Assembly: GCA_045591885.1 (NCBI GenBank)
Contig: JAZNTT010000047.1
Coordinates: 1 to 57,913, forward strand
Reading direction: 5' to 3'
From: Eubacteriales bacterium
GTDB taxonomy: Bacteria > Bacillota > Clostridia > Oscillospirales > CAG-272
Length of the DNA: 57,913 nt
Shown here in pieces: positions 7,980-17,222 of this stretch (position 1 is its first letter; every line of letters starts with the position of its first letter). A program made the position numbers and the translations under genes. The notes below the pieces were generated by a model, which worked only from the letters and a program-made list of their open reading frames with translations, ran no database searches and was not told where the DNA came from.

Positions 7980-8768
7980 TCAATACTCATTTATATTTAT
8001 CTTCTCAACCGTTCCGTTTATCTCACCGCCAAGGAAAAGCGAGGCTTGTGACACAAACATCGTTGGGTCGTCGCTGACGTAGTAGCTGACGGATCCGTTT
8101 CCGCCGTTTTCCGTTTTGCCAAGTACGCTGAGCGCTTTTTTTGCCGCCTCGGCACCCGAGCTGATCAACGTGACGTTCGGCAGCACCTTTGAAATGATCC
8201 CGGCAATTATCGGATAGTGCGTGCAACCGAGGATCAGGGTGTCAGCACCGCTTTCTCTTATCTTCGTAAGATAATGCTCTGCGGCAAGTCGGGTGATCTC
8301 GCAGTCCTCCTGCACGAATCCGTTCTCGACAAGTGGGACGAAAAGCGGACAAGCCTGTGTTATGACCTCTGTGTCGGGCGAAAGCTTCTTTATCTCGCGC
8401 TCAAACGCACCGCTTCTTATCGTCGCGGCAGTTCCGATGACGGCGATCTTGCCGTTTTTGGTCGTATTGACCGCCGCCTCTGCGGAGGGTTCAACAACGC
8501 CGATAACGGGTATCGGAAGCGTTTCCTTGAGGTGCGAAATGGAGGTGGTGCTTACCGTTCCGCAGGCGACGACGATCGCGTCGACGTTTTTGCTCATCAG
8601 AAACGCCGCATCCTGGCACGCGTATTTGGTTATCGTGGCAGACGAACGGTTTCCGTACGGAACGCGTCCAGTGTCACCGAAATATATAAGCTCTTCGTGT
8701 GGTGAAAGCTTTATCATTTCCTTAACGGCGGTAAGTCCGCCGAGACCGCTATCGAAAATTCCTATCAT
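7980..8768 (-). CDS. murI: Glutamate racemase
   Basis: MIGIFDSGLGGLT...VVACGTVS...LGCTHYP carries both catalytic Cys motifs. Confidence 0.95.
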   Translation of the reverse strand: MIGIFDSGLGGLTAVKEMIKLSPHEELIYFGDTGRVPYGNRSSATITKYACQDAAFLMSKNVDAIVVACGTVSTTSISHLKETLPIPVIGVVEPSAEAAVNTTKNGKIAVIGTAATIRSGAFEREIKKLSPDTEVITQACPLFVPLVENGFVQEDCEITRLAAEHYLTKIRESGADTLILGCTHYPIIAGIISKVLPNVTLISSGAEAAKKALSVLGKTENGGNGSVSYYVSDDPTMFVSQASLFLGGEINGTVEKININEY

Positions 8769-8779
8769 AATAACCTCAA

Positions 8780-9355
8780 TTAAAGCTCGTCAAGCGAATA
8801 AGAGAACGCTTCAAGCATGTTTTCTCTGAAGTAACGAAGCTCGTCACTGTTGATACCGTCAAGAATCGCTTCAGTCGACTTTCGTGCGGCGGTAAATTCA
8901 CGGTTGCCTGCCGCCTCCTCGGTCAGACACTTGATGTAAGCGCAGAGCTTGTCGGCAATCTTCACGAGCTTAACGCTCTCGGAATCGGCTTCGGTCGGGG
9001 TGAGCAGATTCTCATAGGTCGGGCGAAGCTCGGGCGGAAGCTTTGAAAGCATGCGCTCGATCGAGTGGCGCTCGATCTCGGCGTAATCGCGCTTCGTTTC
9101 GGGACTGAAATATTTGATCGGTGTCGGAAGATCTCCCGTAAACACCTCAGCGGCATCGTGGAAGAGGGCAATGGCGGCGACGCGCTCGGGATCGTAGCCC
9201 TTGCCGTAAACGGTGTTTCCAATAACGGCGAGCGCGTGAGCAATGACTGCCGCCTCCGCTGTGTGCTCGGCGAGGGTTTCACGCGTGACTGAACGCATAA
9301 GCCCCCATCTCGTTATGTATTTTTGTCTGAAAAGCAATGCGAAAAAGCTGTTCAT
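8780..9355 (-). CDS. HD-domain 5'-deoxynucleotidase (YfbR-like)
   Basis: RWGLMRSVTRETLAEHTAEAAVIAHAL...LFHDAAEVFTGDLPTPIKYF...KIADKLCAYIKCLTEEAAGNREF is collinear with E. coli YfbR as I remember it. Confidence 0.85.
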   Translation of the reverse strand: MNSFFALLFRQKYITRWGLMRSVTRETLAEHTAEAAVIAHALAVIGNTVYGKGYDPERVAAIALFHDAAEVFTGDLPTPIKYFSPETKRDYAEIERHSIERMLSKLPPELRPTYENLLTPTEADSESVKLVKIADKLCAYIKCLTEEAAGNREFTAARKSTEAILDGINSDELRYFRENMLEAFSYSLDEL

Positions 9356-9785
9356 CGTTGTATGTCCTCATTTTGCAATTTGCTTCCTTATTATATCATC
9401 ATATGCACACATTGTCAAGGCGGTGAATGAGGTGTGAAAGGGCGTAAGAACGGCACTAAAATGCTATTGTCGTATTTGTAGAAAATTATGTTCACAATTT
9501 GTGGGGATTGCACAAAACGGGAAAAATGTCGAATTTGTTGTGAAAAGTGACAACTAAAACAGCAAAGGTAAATACAAATTACTCTAAAACGCCTTTAGCG
9601 GCGTAAAAATAAGGCTCCTGTATACTTGCAAAGCGCCAAAAAGTAAATTAAAATTACCCACAATGATTTTTCAGAGCTGTAAAAACAGAATTTGCTACCC
9701 CCAAAAACGCTTTGAAAATGTTCAAAACTTCCGATTTTTGCACCGAAATGCATCCTACCGCTTGAAAACATGCGTTGCACGCGCC

Positions 9786-9814
9786 TTGACAGTACGGAAA
9801 AAGTATGCTATTAT
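9786..9814 (+). promoter_or_regulatory. Near-consensus sigmaA promoter driving the 10127-22373 locus
   Basis: TTGACA (9786-9791), a 17-nt spacer, then TATTAT (9809-9814). Confidence 0.65.
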
Positions 9815-10126
9815 ATTATAGTATAAAAATCAAAGGGGATATTCTGCCCTTTTTTAGGGTTTTGAGTGTCTCCGGGGGCCCCCTTTCGGATGAAATTTCT
9901 TATCCTGCCTCCCGCCGTGATGCCTGTTTGCGGCAGGGTAGAAAAGGATAGTGATAGGAACGGTTTGATGCCGACCGGTTCAGAGGAACAAACGGCATAA
10001 AAGGTCACTTTCGGCATTTTCCGAGTTGCGAACGGAAAAACCAAGCGCATCCCCCGTATCCAGCAAAGCCGCAACGGCGGATTTTCCTTACCGTTGGCGG
10101 CAAATTCTCACAGGAGGAAAAGATTG
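9815..10126 (+). promoter_or_regulatory. Long (~300 nt) structured 5' leader, class unknown
   Basis: Several stable hairpins: AAAGGG..CCCTTT followed by T's near 9832-9855, CCTG..CCGC/GCGG..CAGG near 9903-9936, ATGCCGA..TCGGCAT followed by TTT near 9969-10021, and GCCGCAACGG..CCGTTGGCGGC near 10068-10101. No credible ORF. Confidence 0.3.
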
Positions 10127-13100
10127 ATGCAACATTCATTCTTCACGAAGGTACTTTCGGGATTTCTCTCGTTTGTCCTTCTGTTCGGCGGTATCTCCGC
10201 GCTGCCTGCAAGTGCGGCAGAGTCGGAGGCAGATGTAATTGCCGATCTGCTTACCGACATACCGTTCCATGACAATCTTGCGACCGGCGATGCCGGCCAG
10301 CCGTATCTTTCGTACACCGAAAAGCACCAGGCTCCCCTTGCCGAAGCTGAAAAGGTGATAAACGTTGTCGAGGATCTCGACGATGCGAACACTACGGCTG
10401 AGGTTGAGGTTATTGGCAGCCTCGATGGCAAGGAGAACGTTCTCTATATGCCCGAATCGGGAAAGACGTCATGGAAGGTAAATATTCCGAAGACCGCTAA
10501 ATACGCAATAAAGATTGAGTACTACCCGATCGCAGAGAAGGACGGCGTTAAGGTCTCCACGCTCACAACAATCGAGAGAACTCTCTATATTGACGGCTAT
10601 ATTCCTTTCTCGGAGGCAAGATATTTCTACTTCCCGAGAAACTGGGCGTATACCGAGTTCAATTACCGCAAGGACGGAACCTGCATATTCCCGACCGACG
10701 CGGCAGGAAACGATATCCGTCCTATTCGTTACGAGAAGCCCGAGTGGCAGGAGTATTATCTCCGTGACTGGCTCGGTTATACGATGGAGCCCTTCCAGTT
10801 CACGCTGACTGAAGGCGATCACGTAATTACCTTTGAGGCAAACCGTGAGCCGATCGTTATCTCGAAAATAACCCTTTACCCCTACGAAGCGCCTCCCACA
10901 TACTCGGAATTTATCGAGCAGAAGAAGGCAGAGGGCGTAAAGATCATTGAAAAGGCGCTTGGCGGAAAGATCAAGGTTCAGGCAGAAAACCCGACCCTTA
11001 TCTCGAGCGCGAACCTTTATCCGCAGAATGACCGTACCTCGTCTCTTACCCAGCCGCAGGACCCTCAGCAGATCAGATATAACATAGTTAACTCTTCGAC
11101 GGTCAACGAATGGATGAAATACACGGTCGAGGTTCCCGAAACCGGTCTTTACCGCATAGCTATCCGCTTCCGTCAGAACTCGCTCATCGGTATGTTCACG
11201 TCAAGACGTATCCTCGTAAACGGCGAGCTTCAGTTCCAGGAGGCATCGAACATCCGATTCAAGTACAGCTCGTCCTGGCAGTCGACCTACGCGTCGGACG
11301 GCGAGCATAAGTTCCTATTCTATCTCGAAAAGGGTACTAACGAAATAACCTTTGAGACAGTCCTCGGCGACATGACCGAATACGTTTACGAGATCGGCAA
11401 CATGATCGATAAGCTGAATATCGCATACAAGAAGATCCTTCAGCTCACAGGACCTACTCCCGACGCTTACCGCGACTACGGCTTCAAGCGTCTCGTTCCC
11501 GATGCTATCGATACTATCGTTCAGGCATCGAAGGACCTTTACCGCATTGCAGATGAGCTCGAGGCAATTACGGGCGAGCTTGGCGACCAGGTCGCAACGC
11601 TTAACACCATCGCAATGCTCTTTGCGAAGATGAATGACGAATACAAGATCGCTCCCAACTTCGTAACCTTCAAAAACTACATAATCGCTCTTTCGAACTG
11701 GCTCTATGCCTCCCTTTCTCAGCCCCTTAAGGTCGACTACTTCACCGTACAGGGAACTAAGGACGGTCTTCCCAAGGCAAAGGCAAACTTCTTTGAAGCA
11801 ATCTGGTTTGAGATAAGAGCGTTTATCGGCTCCTTCTTCATGGACTATACAACGGTCGACTTCAAGGTCAAGAAGGGCGAAAAGGTCGATAAGAGCATGG
11901 TAATCGAGCAGTGGATCACCTCCGCTCTCGGCCGTGAGGACGCGCTTATAACGCGAGGACTTATTGACGAACACTTTACGTCTCAAACGGGAATACAGGT
12001 CAAGATGAAGGTCATAACCGTCGGTCTTACCGAGGCGATTCTGGCTAACATGGGACCCGATATTGCCCAAATGTCCTCCGTCGATACGATAACCTGGGGC
12101 CTGCGTGACGCGGTCAAGGAGCTTGACACGATGGACGGCTTCGACGAGGTAATCGCAAACCTCGACCAGGCGGCAGTAACTCCTCTCCAGATGAAGAACG
12201 CGAAGGGCGAGTTCCATACCTACGGAATCCCCTCCTCTATGGACTTCTACATGATGTTCTACCGCGCGGACGTTCTCTACGAGGCAGGCGTTAAGGCTCC
12301 GAACACATGGGATGAGCTTTACGATATTCTTCCCGCGCTTCAGAGCGCCGACCTTGAAATCGGTATGCCCGGTACAGTTACGGGAACGAGCGTGTCGGTC
12401 GACGGTCTGACCGGTCTTAAGATATTCCTCTATCAGATGGGCGGCGAGCTCTATGAAAAGGACGGCTACCGCGTAAGCCTTGACGGGAACACCGCGCTTG
12501 ACGCGTTTGAAACGCTCTGTAATATGTTCTCGAAATATAAGTGTTCGGTCAACTATGACCTCACCCGTTTCCGTACGGGAGAAATTCCGATCTACTTCGG
12601 AACCGCCGTCACTACCTATAACACTCTTATGTCCTACTACGATATCCGCGGACTTTGGGAAATGGCACCTTTGTGCGGCGTTGAAGAAAAGAACGAGGAC
12701 GGTACGATAACCATTAACCGTACCTCTCACGTAGCAGTTTCCTCAAGAGTTATCCCGAGAGGCGGCTCGAAGAAGGCTGTTCAGAATTCCTGGCAGTACA
12801 TCAAGTGGATGGCAGAGCCGGAGACTCAGAAGCTTCTCGGCCGCGAGACCATCATGGTAAGCGCAAACCCGACGACGAAGTATAACGCTCCGACGATCGA
12901 CGCGCTTCTCGGTCAGGCGTGGACTGAGAAGGAGCTTGCAACTCTTCGCGAGCAGACACAGTGGCTTGCGGGTATCCCCGAGTATCCCGGTAACTACATT
13001 ATCGGTACCTATGTAAATTCCGCATTCATGAACGTTTACAACACATCCTCCGATGCTACCGAACAGCTTCAGGACCGTGTTGTTTACATCAACAAGGAAA

Positions 13101-13198
13101 TCGCCCGTAAGAGAGACGATTTCAAGATGGACTACATTGACATTGAGGGCAAGTATCACAAGGGCAGATACTATAAGAACCCCGAATATGCGAAATAA
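10127..13198 (+). CDS. Giant extracellular solute-binding protein: signal peptide, ~550-aa N-terminal extension (CBM-like beta-sandwich modules plus a helical region) and a family-1 sugar SBP domain
   Basis: The start at 10127 follows RBS AGGAGG. The signal peptide is MQHSFFTKVLSGFLSFVLLFGGISALPASA. The C-terminal part has SBP-1 hallmarks (YGIPSSMDFYMMFYRADVLYEAGVKAPNTWDELYDILPAL). The N-terminal part has two CBM-like stretches (WKVNIPKTAKYAIKIEYYP; WMKYTVEVPETGLYRIAIRFRQN). Confidence 0.8.
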   Translation: MQHSFFTKVLSGFLSFVLLFGGISALPASAAESEADVIADLLTDIPFHDNLATGDAGQPYLSYTEKHQAPLAEAEKVINVVEDLDDANTTAEVEVIGSLDGKENVLYMPESGKTSWKVNIPKTAKYAIKIEYYPIAEKDGVKVSTLTTIERTLYIDGYIPFSEARYFYFPRNWAYTEFNYRKDGTCIFPTDAAGNDIRPIRYEKPEWQEYYLRDWLGYTMEPFQFTLTEGDHVITFEANREPIVISKITLYPYEAPPTYSEFIEQKKAEGVKIIEKALGGKIKVQAENPTLISSANLYPQNDRTSSLTQPQDPQQIRYNIVNSSTVNEWMKYTVEVPETGLYRIAIRFRQNSLIGMFTSRRILVNGELQFQEASNIRFKYSSSWQSTYASDGEHKFLFYLEKGTNEITFETVLGDMTEYVYEIGNMIDKLNIAYKKILQLTGPTPDAYRDYGFKRLVPDAIDTIVQASKDLYRIADELEAITGELGDQVATLNTIAMLFAKMNDEYKIAPNFVTFKNYIIALSNWLYASLSQPLKVDYFTVQGTKDGLPKAKANFFEAIWFEIRAFIGSFFMDYTTVDFKVKKGEKVDKSMVIEQWITSALGREDALITRGLIDEHFTSQTGIQVKMKVITVGLTEAILANMGPDIAQMSSVDTITWGLRDAVKELDTMDGFDEVIANLDQAAVTPLQMKNAKGEFHTYGIPSSMDFYMMFYRADVLYEAGVKAPNTWDELYDILPALQSADLEIGMPGTVTGTSVSVDGLTGLKIFLYQMGGELYEKDGYRVSLDGNTALDAFETLCNMFSKYKCSVNYDLTRFRTGEIPIYFGTAVTTYNTLMSYYDIRGLWEMAPLCGVEEKNEDGTITINRTSHVAVSSRVIPRGGSKKAVQNSWQYIKWMAEPETQKLLGRETIMVSANPTTKYNAPTIDALLGQAWTEKELATLREQTQWLAGIPEYPGNYIIGTYVNSAFMNVYNTSSDATEQLQDRVVYINKEIARKRDDFKMDYIDIEGKYHKGRYYKNPEYAK

Positions 13199-13235
13199 CG
13201 GCTGCCCGAATTACATCGAAAAGGAGTAAATCATT

Positions 13236-14204
13236 ATGACCAAAACTGAAAAAGATGTAAAGCGTCAGCAGCCGAAGAACCAAAAGTATGCCGGAAAGGC
13301 AATGACGAGAGGAAGATATATCCGCTCGCAGATGAAGAGAAACTGGGTCGGTTACGTAATGGTAGCGCCGTTCCTTATCATGTTCATTGCATTCACGGTC
13401 GTACCCGTCGTTCTTTCGATACTTCTCAGCTTTACGTCCTTCAATATGCTTCAGTTCCCCGAGTGGAAGGGCCTTGACAACTACGTTCAGCTCTTCCTCG
13501 CGGACGATCTGTTTATCACGGCGTTCTCGAATACGATGCTCTTTGCAATCACGACGGGTCCTGCTTCGTTTATCCTGGCGTTCATCGTCGCGTGGTTCAT
13601 AAACGAGCTTTCGCCGCGTCTCCGTGCATTTGTAACGCTCATCTTCTATGCACCGTCCATCGCGGGTACCGCGTACCTCGTCTGGGGTATCTTCTTCAAG
13701 GGAGATATTTACGGATACGTAAACGGTTGGCTCTTAAAGATGGGTATGATAAGTGAGCCGATCGTCTTCTTCAAGGACGTTGACTACATAGTACCGCTTT
13801 GTATCGTCGTCGCTATCTGGACGTCACTTGGTACAACGTTCCTTTCCAATATCGCAGGTCTGCAGGGCGTCGACCGTTCGCTTTACGAGGCGGGCGCGAT
13901 CGACGGAATAAAGAACCGTTGGCAGGAGGCGTGGTATATTACGCTTCCCTCGATGCGTTCGATCCTTCTCTTCGGAGCAGTCCTTGCGATCACCGGCTCC
14001 TTCGGATTCGGTGCCATAGTTAACAACCTCTGCGGAAACCCCTCGACAGACTACGTCGCATGGACACTTCAGCATCATTTGCAGGAGTACATGGGAATAC
14101 GTTTTGAGTACGGTTACGCATCTGCAATTGCCGTCGTCCTCTTTGCAATAATGATGGGCGCGAACGCGCTTGTGCAGAAATTCCTTTCGAAGGTGGGTGA
14201 GTAA
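13236..14204 (+). CDS. Sugar ABC transporter permease (MalF/CUT1 type)
   Basis: Six TM segments and an EAA loop, SLYEAGAIDGIKNRWQEAWYITLPSM. Confidence 0.9.
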   Translation: MTKTEKDVKRQQPKNQKYAGKAMTRGRYIRSQMKRNWVGYVMVAPFLIMFIAFTVVPVVLSILLSFTSFNMLQFPEWKGLDNYVQLFLADDLFITAFSNTMLFAITTGPASFILAFIVAWFINELSPRLRAFVTLIFYAPSIAGTAYLVWGIFFKGDIYGYVNGWLLKMGMISEPIVFFKDVDYIVPLCIVVAIWTSLGTTFLSNIAGLQGVDRSLYEAGAIDGIKNRWQEAWYITLPSMRSILLFGAVLAITGSFGFGAIVNNLCGNPSTDYVAWTLQHHLQEYMGIRFEYGYASAIAVVLFAIMMGANALVQKFLSKVGE

Positions 14205-14205
14205 T

Positions 14206-15075
14206 ATGGCGATAAAGAAATTAAGAGTTCGCGGACACCGCGTCGTTCTTAACCGCTCAAAGGGCGGAGACGTCGGAATTACCATAATGCTCATTCTCCT
14301 CGGAGCACTCATGTTCTTGCCTATGTGGTATCTTCTCATTGAGTCGCTTAAGCCGCTTGGTGAAAGAAACATAACACCGCCGCTTCTCTACGTTATGAAG
14401 CCGACGGCGCAAAACTTCATCGACCTTTTCTCGAACATTAACAGTACTTGGGTACCGATCAGCCGTTACCTCTTCAATACGATAATTATATCGGTTTCGG
14501 CAACCTTCGGCTGTCTCGTATTCGGCTCTCTTACTGCTTACGCGCTCTCGAAGATCAAGTTCCCGGGACGCGTTGCAATGTTCAAAATGATCCAGTGGTC
14601 GCTCATGATCAGCTCGACCATCACCGGTATTACCAACTTCTTTATCTTCATTTGGCTCGGTTGGCTTAATACCTATTGGATCTCGATAATTCCCGTATGG
14701 GCATCGACCCTCGGCCTTTACCTTATGAAGCAGTTTATCGACGCAAACGTCTCCGACGAAATGATCGAGGCTGCACGAATCGACGGCGCGGGAGAATTCA
14801 GAATCTACTGGCAGATAGTAATGCCGCTCGTTAAGCCGGCATGGCTTACGCTTCTCGTTACCACCTTCCAGCAGGTATGGAACGCAGGTGCTTCGACTTA
14901 CGTTTGGTCCGAGCAGCTCAAGACCTTTAACTCGGCAATCGCATCGATAAGCGGCGTATCCGTCGGAGCATCGAGTGCGGGCTCCGTCGTAATGATGAGC
15001 GTGCCGATCATAATCTTCATTATAAACCAGTCCCAAATCGTCGAAACAATGGCTTCGTCGGGTATGAAGGACTAA
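14206..15075 (+). CDS. Carbohydrate ABC transporter permease (MalG/CUT1 type)
   Basis: The ATG at 14206 lies one base after the upstream stop. EAA loop MIEAARIDGAGEFRIYWQIVMPLV. Confidence 0.9.
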   Translation: MAIKKLRVRGHRVVLNRSKGGDVGITIMLILLGALMFLPMWYLLIESLKPLGERNITPPLLYVMKPTAQNFIDLFSNINSTWVPISRYLFNTIIISVSATFGCLVFGSLTAYALSKIKFPGRVAMFKMIQWSLMISSTITGITNFFIFIWLGWLNTYWISIIPVWASTLGLYLMKQFIDANVSDEMIEAARIDGAGEFRIYWQIVMPLVKPAWLTLLVTTFQQVWNAGASTYVWSEQLKTFNSAIASISGVSVGASSAGSVVMMSVPIIIFIINQSQIVETMASSGMKD

Positions 15076-15087
15076 AAGGAGGTCGCA

Positions 15088-17205
15088 ATGAAAAACAGAT
15101 TTACAAAATTTATTGCGGTCCTCATCGCAGTCCTTACGCTTCTCCCGATGGCGGTTATGGCGGAGCCGTATCAGACCTATACTTACAGTATAGACGGAGA
15201 GCAGCTTTCTTCTCCCCACGCATATACGCCTAACGTCATTCTTGACTCCGGCGATATGGGGCTACCGGTAACGCTCAAAAAAGTATCTGACATGGTCGTA
15301 GACAAAAAGGGTAACGTATACCTTGCAGATAAGGATGCGAACGCCATTTACGTCCTCGACAGAAACTTTAAGTACCGCTTTACGATCAATGCCTTTATCA
15401 ACAGCAACGGTATTGAGGACTCATTCAATAATCCCAACGGTTGTTTTGTAACGGAGAGAAATATCTACGTTGCAGATACCGATAACAGGCGTATCGTAAT
15501 TTTCGACCTTGACGGTAACTATGTAAGGCATCTGGAAGAGCCGAAGTCGGATATCTTCGAGGATAACGCAAATTACCGCCCGACCGCTATCGCAGTTGAT
15601 GCTTCCGACCGTATCTACGTCGTATCCCCCGATATCTATCAGGGTATTCTTTCGCTTGATGCGAACGGTCAGTTCCAGGGATATCTCGGTGCGCAGAAGG
15701 TATCGTATAACGCTTGGGAAATCTTCTGGAGAACCTTCCAGACCGCAAAGCAGAGAAGCCAAGGTAAAAAGAACCTCTCGACATCGTATAACAATATAAC
15801 GATCGACGATGAGGGCTTCATCTACTGTACTTCTTCGGCAATTAAGGCGGACGACCAGCAGGCGTCTATCATGAACAAGACCGCAGACTATTCGCCGATC
15901 AGAAAGTTTAACGCCGCAGGTAAGGATATCCTCGGACGTAACGGCTTCTTCGGCCCCGGCGGTGAAGTCAAGATTCAGGGAGGCGAGCTTTCAAATAAGC
16001 CCTCGAGAATCGTTGACGTAGCCCTTGGTCCGTCCGGCTCCTGGTCGATAATCGACGCAGACCGCTCGAAGATATTTACTTACGACCAGTACGGTAATCT
16101 TCTCTTTGCCTTCGGCGACCGCGGAGACCTCCTCGGTAACATAAGCAATATGGCAGTTGCCATTGCATACCAGGATACCAAGCTCCTCGTGTTCGACGGC
16201 CTTCTCCAGACTATTACAGTCTATACCCGTACAGAGTACGGTGACGTCCTTATAAGAGCGCTTCAGAACGAAATCGACCGTAAGCACGGCGAGGCAGTTA
16301 ACGACTATCAGGACATTCTTAAGAGAAACAGTAACTTCGACGCAGCATACATCGGTATCGGTAAGGCGCTTTACCGTCAGGGTGAGTATGAAGAAGCCAT
16401 GAGGATGTTTGCAAGTGCGTACGAGACCGAAAACTATTCTAAGGCACTGAAGGAGCTTCGTCAGAATTGGGCGGATAAGTACTTTATACTCATTCCGATC
16501 GTCGTCGTGGCATTCCTTTTTGCGGTCGTTAAGTTCTTTGGATACGCAGGCAAGGTAAACAAGAAGACCGCTCTCAAGAAGGGCAAAAAGACCTTCAAGG
16601 AGGAAGTTCTTTATGCCTTCCATATCATATTCCACCCCTTCGATGGCTTCTGGGATCTGAAGCACGAAAAACGCGGTTCGGTCAGAGGTGCACTATTCTG
16701 GCTCGCGCTTGCACTCGTTGCAGTTTGCTACCAGTCGGTAGGCAGAGCTTACGTATTCAATCCCCGTGCGTCCTATACCTCAATGTTCGGCTCACTCCTT
16801 TCGCTCTTGGTGCCTGTCGCACTGTGGGTAGTCGGAAACTGGTGCCTTACTACTCTGTTTGAGGGCGAAGGAAGCATGAAGGATATCTTCATTGCAACCT
16901 GCTACTGTGCAGTACCGCTCGTGCTGCTTCTCATTCCCGCAACGGCAATAACCAATATTCTCACGCTCAGTGAGGCAACGATCTACGAAATGCTCGTGTC
17001 GATAGCATGGGTATGGGTAGGACTCCTTCTGTTCTTCGGAACGATGGTTACCCACGATTATCCTCTCGGTAAAAACGTCCTTACCTGTATCGGAACTATT
17101 ATCGCAATGGCAGTCATCATATTCTGTGTACTGCTCTTCTCGACACTTATAATGAAGATGATATCCTTCATTACGGGTATCGTGGTCGAATTGTCGTATC
17201 GGTAA
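15088..17205 (+). CDS. Signal peptide, NHL-repeat beta-propeller, TPR, and a C-terminal Yip1-family multi-TM domain
   Basis: Repeated NHL-like blades (GNVYLADKDANAIYVLD; RNIYVADTDNRRIVIFD; DRIYVVSPD). TPR-like AYIGIGKALYRQGEYEEAMRMF. This is followed by one TM segment plus a 5-TM Yip1-like block (HPFDGFWDLKHEKRGS...). Confidence 0.75.
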   Translation: MKNRFTKFIAVLIAVLTLLPMAVMAEPYQTYTYSIDGEQLSSPHAYTPNVILDSGDMGLPVTLKKVSDMVVDKKGNVYLADKDANAIYVLDRNFKYRFTINAFINSNGIEDSFNNPNGCFVTERNIYVADTDNRRIVIFDLDGNYVRHLEEPKSDIFEDNANYRPTAIAVDASDRIYVVSPDIYQGILSLDANGQFQGYLGAQKVSYNAWEIFWRTFQTAKQRSQGKKNLSTSYNNITIDDEGFIYCTSSAIKADDQQASIMNKTADYSPIRKFNAAGKDILGRNGFFGPGGEVKIQGGELSNKPSRIVDVALGPSGSWSIIDADRSKIFTYDQYGNLLFAFGDRGDLLGNISNMAVAIAYQDTKLLVFDGLLQTITVYTRTEYGDVLIRALQNEIDRKHGEAVNDYQDILKRNSNFDAAYIGIGKALYRQGEYEEAMRMFASAYETENYSKALKELRQNWADKYFILIPIVVVAFLFAVVKFFGYAGKVNKKTALKKGKKTFKEEVLYAFHIIFHPFDGFWDLKHEKRGSVRGALFWLALALVAVCYQSVGRAYVFNPRASYTSMFGSLLSLLVPVALWVVGNWCLTTLFEGEGSMKDIFIATCYCAVPLVLLLIPATAITNILTLSEATIYEMLVSIAWVWVGLLLFFGTMVTHDYPLGKNVLTCIGTIIAMAVIIFCVLLFSTLIMKMISFITGIVVELSYR

Positions 17206-17222
17206 CTACTAAAGAAGGAGAG

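Noticed and set aside
9595-10074. ORFs 9595-9780 and 9811-10074 (minus strand), and a possible 17-aa leader peptide (ATG near 9891), in the long spacer
   Set aside because: No RBS, odd composition, and overlap with the promoter and leader hairpins. A leader peptide is not supported by any Shine-Dalgarno sequence.
10094-10126. Track start (non-ATG) for the giant SBP at 10094, and similar upstream starts at 4793, 6121, 14170, 21309, 24755, 30433, 35322, 38280, 41328, 47899, 49169, 52559, 54231 and 55213
   Set aside because: In each case an internal ATG has a proper RBS, gives a canonical N-terminus or signal peptide, and avoids running through the upstream terminator or gene.
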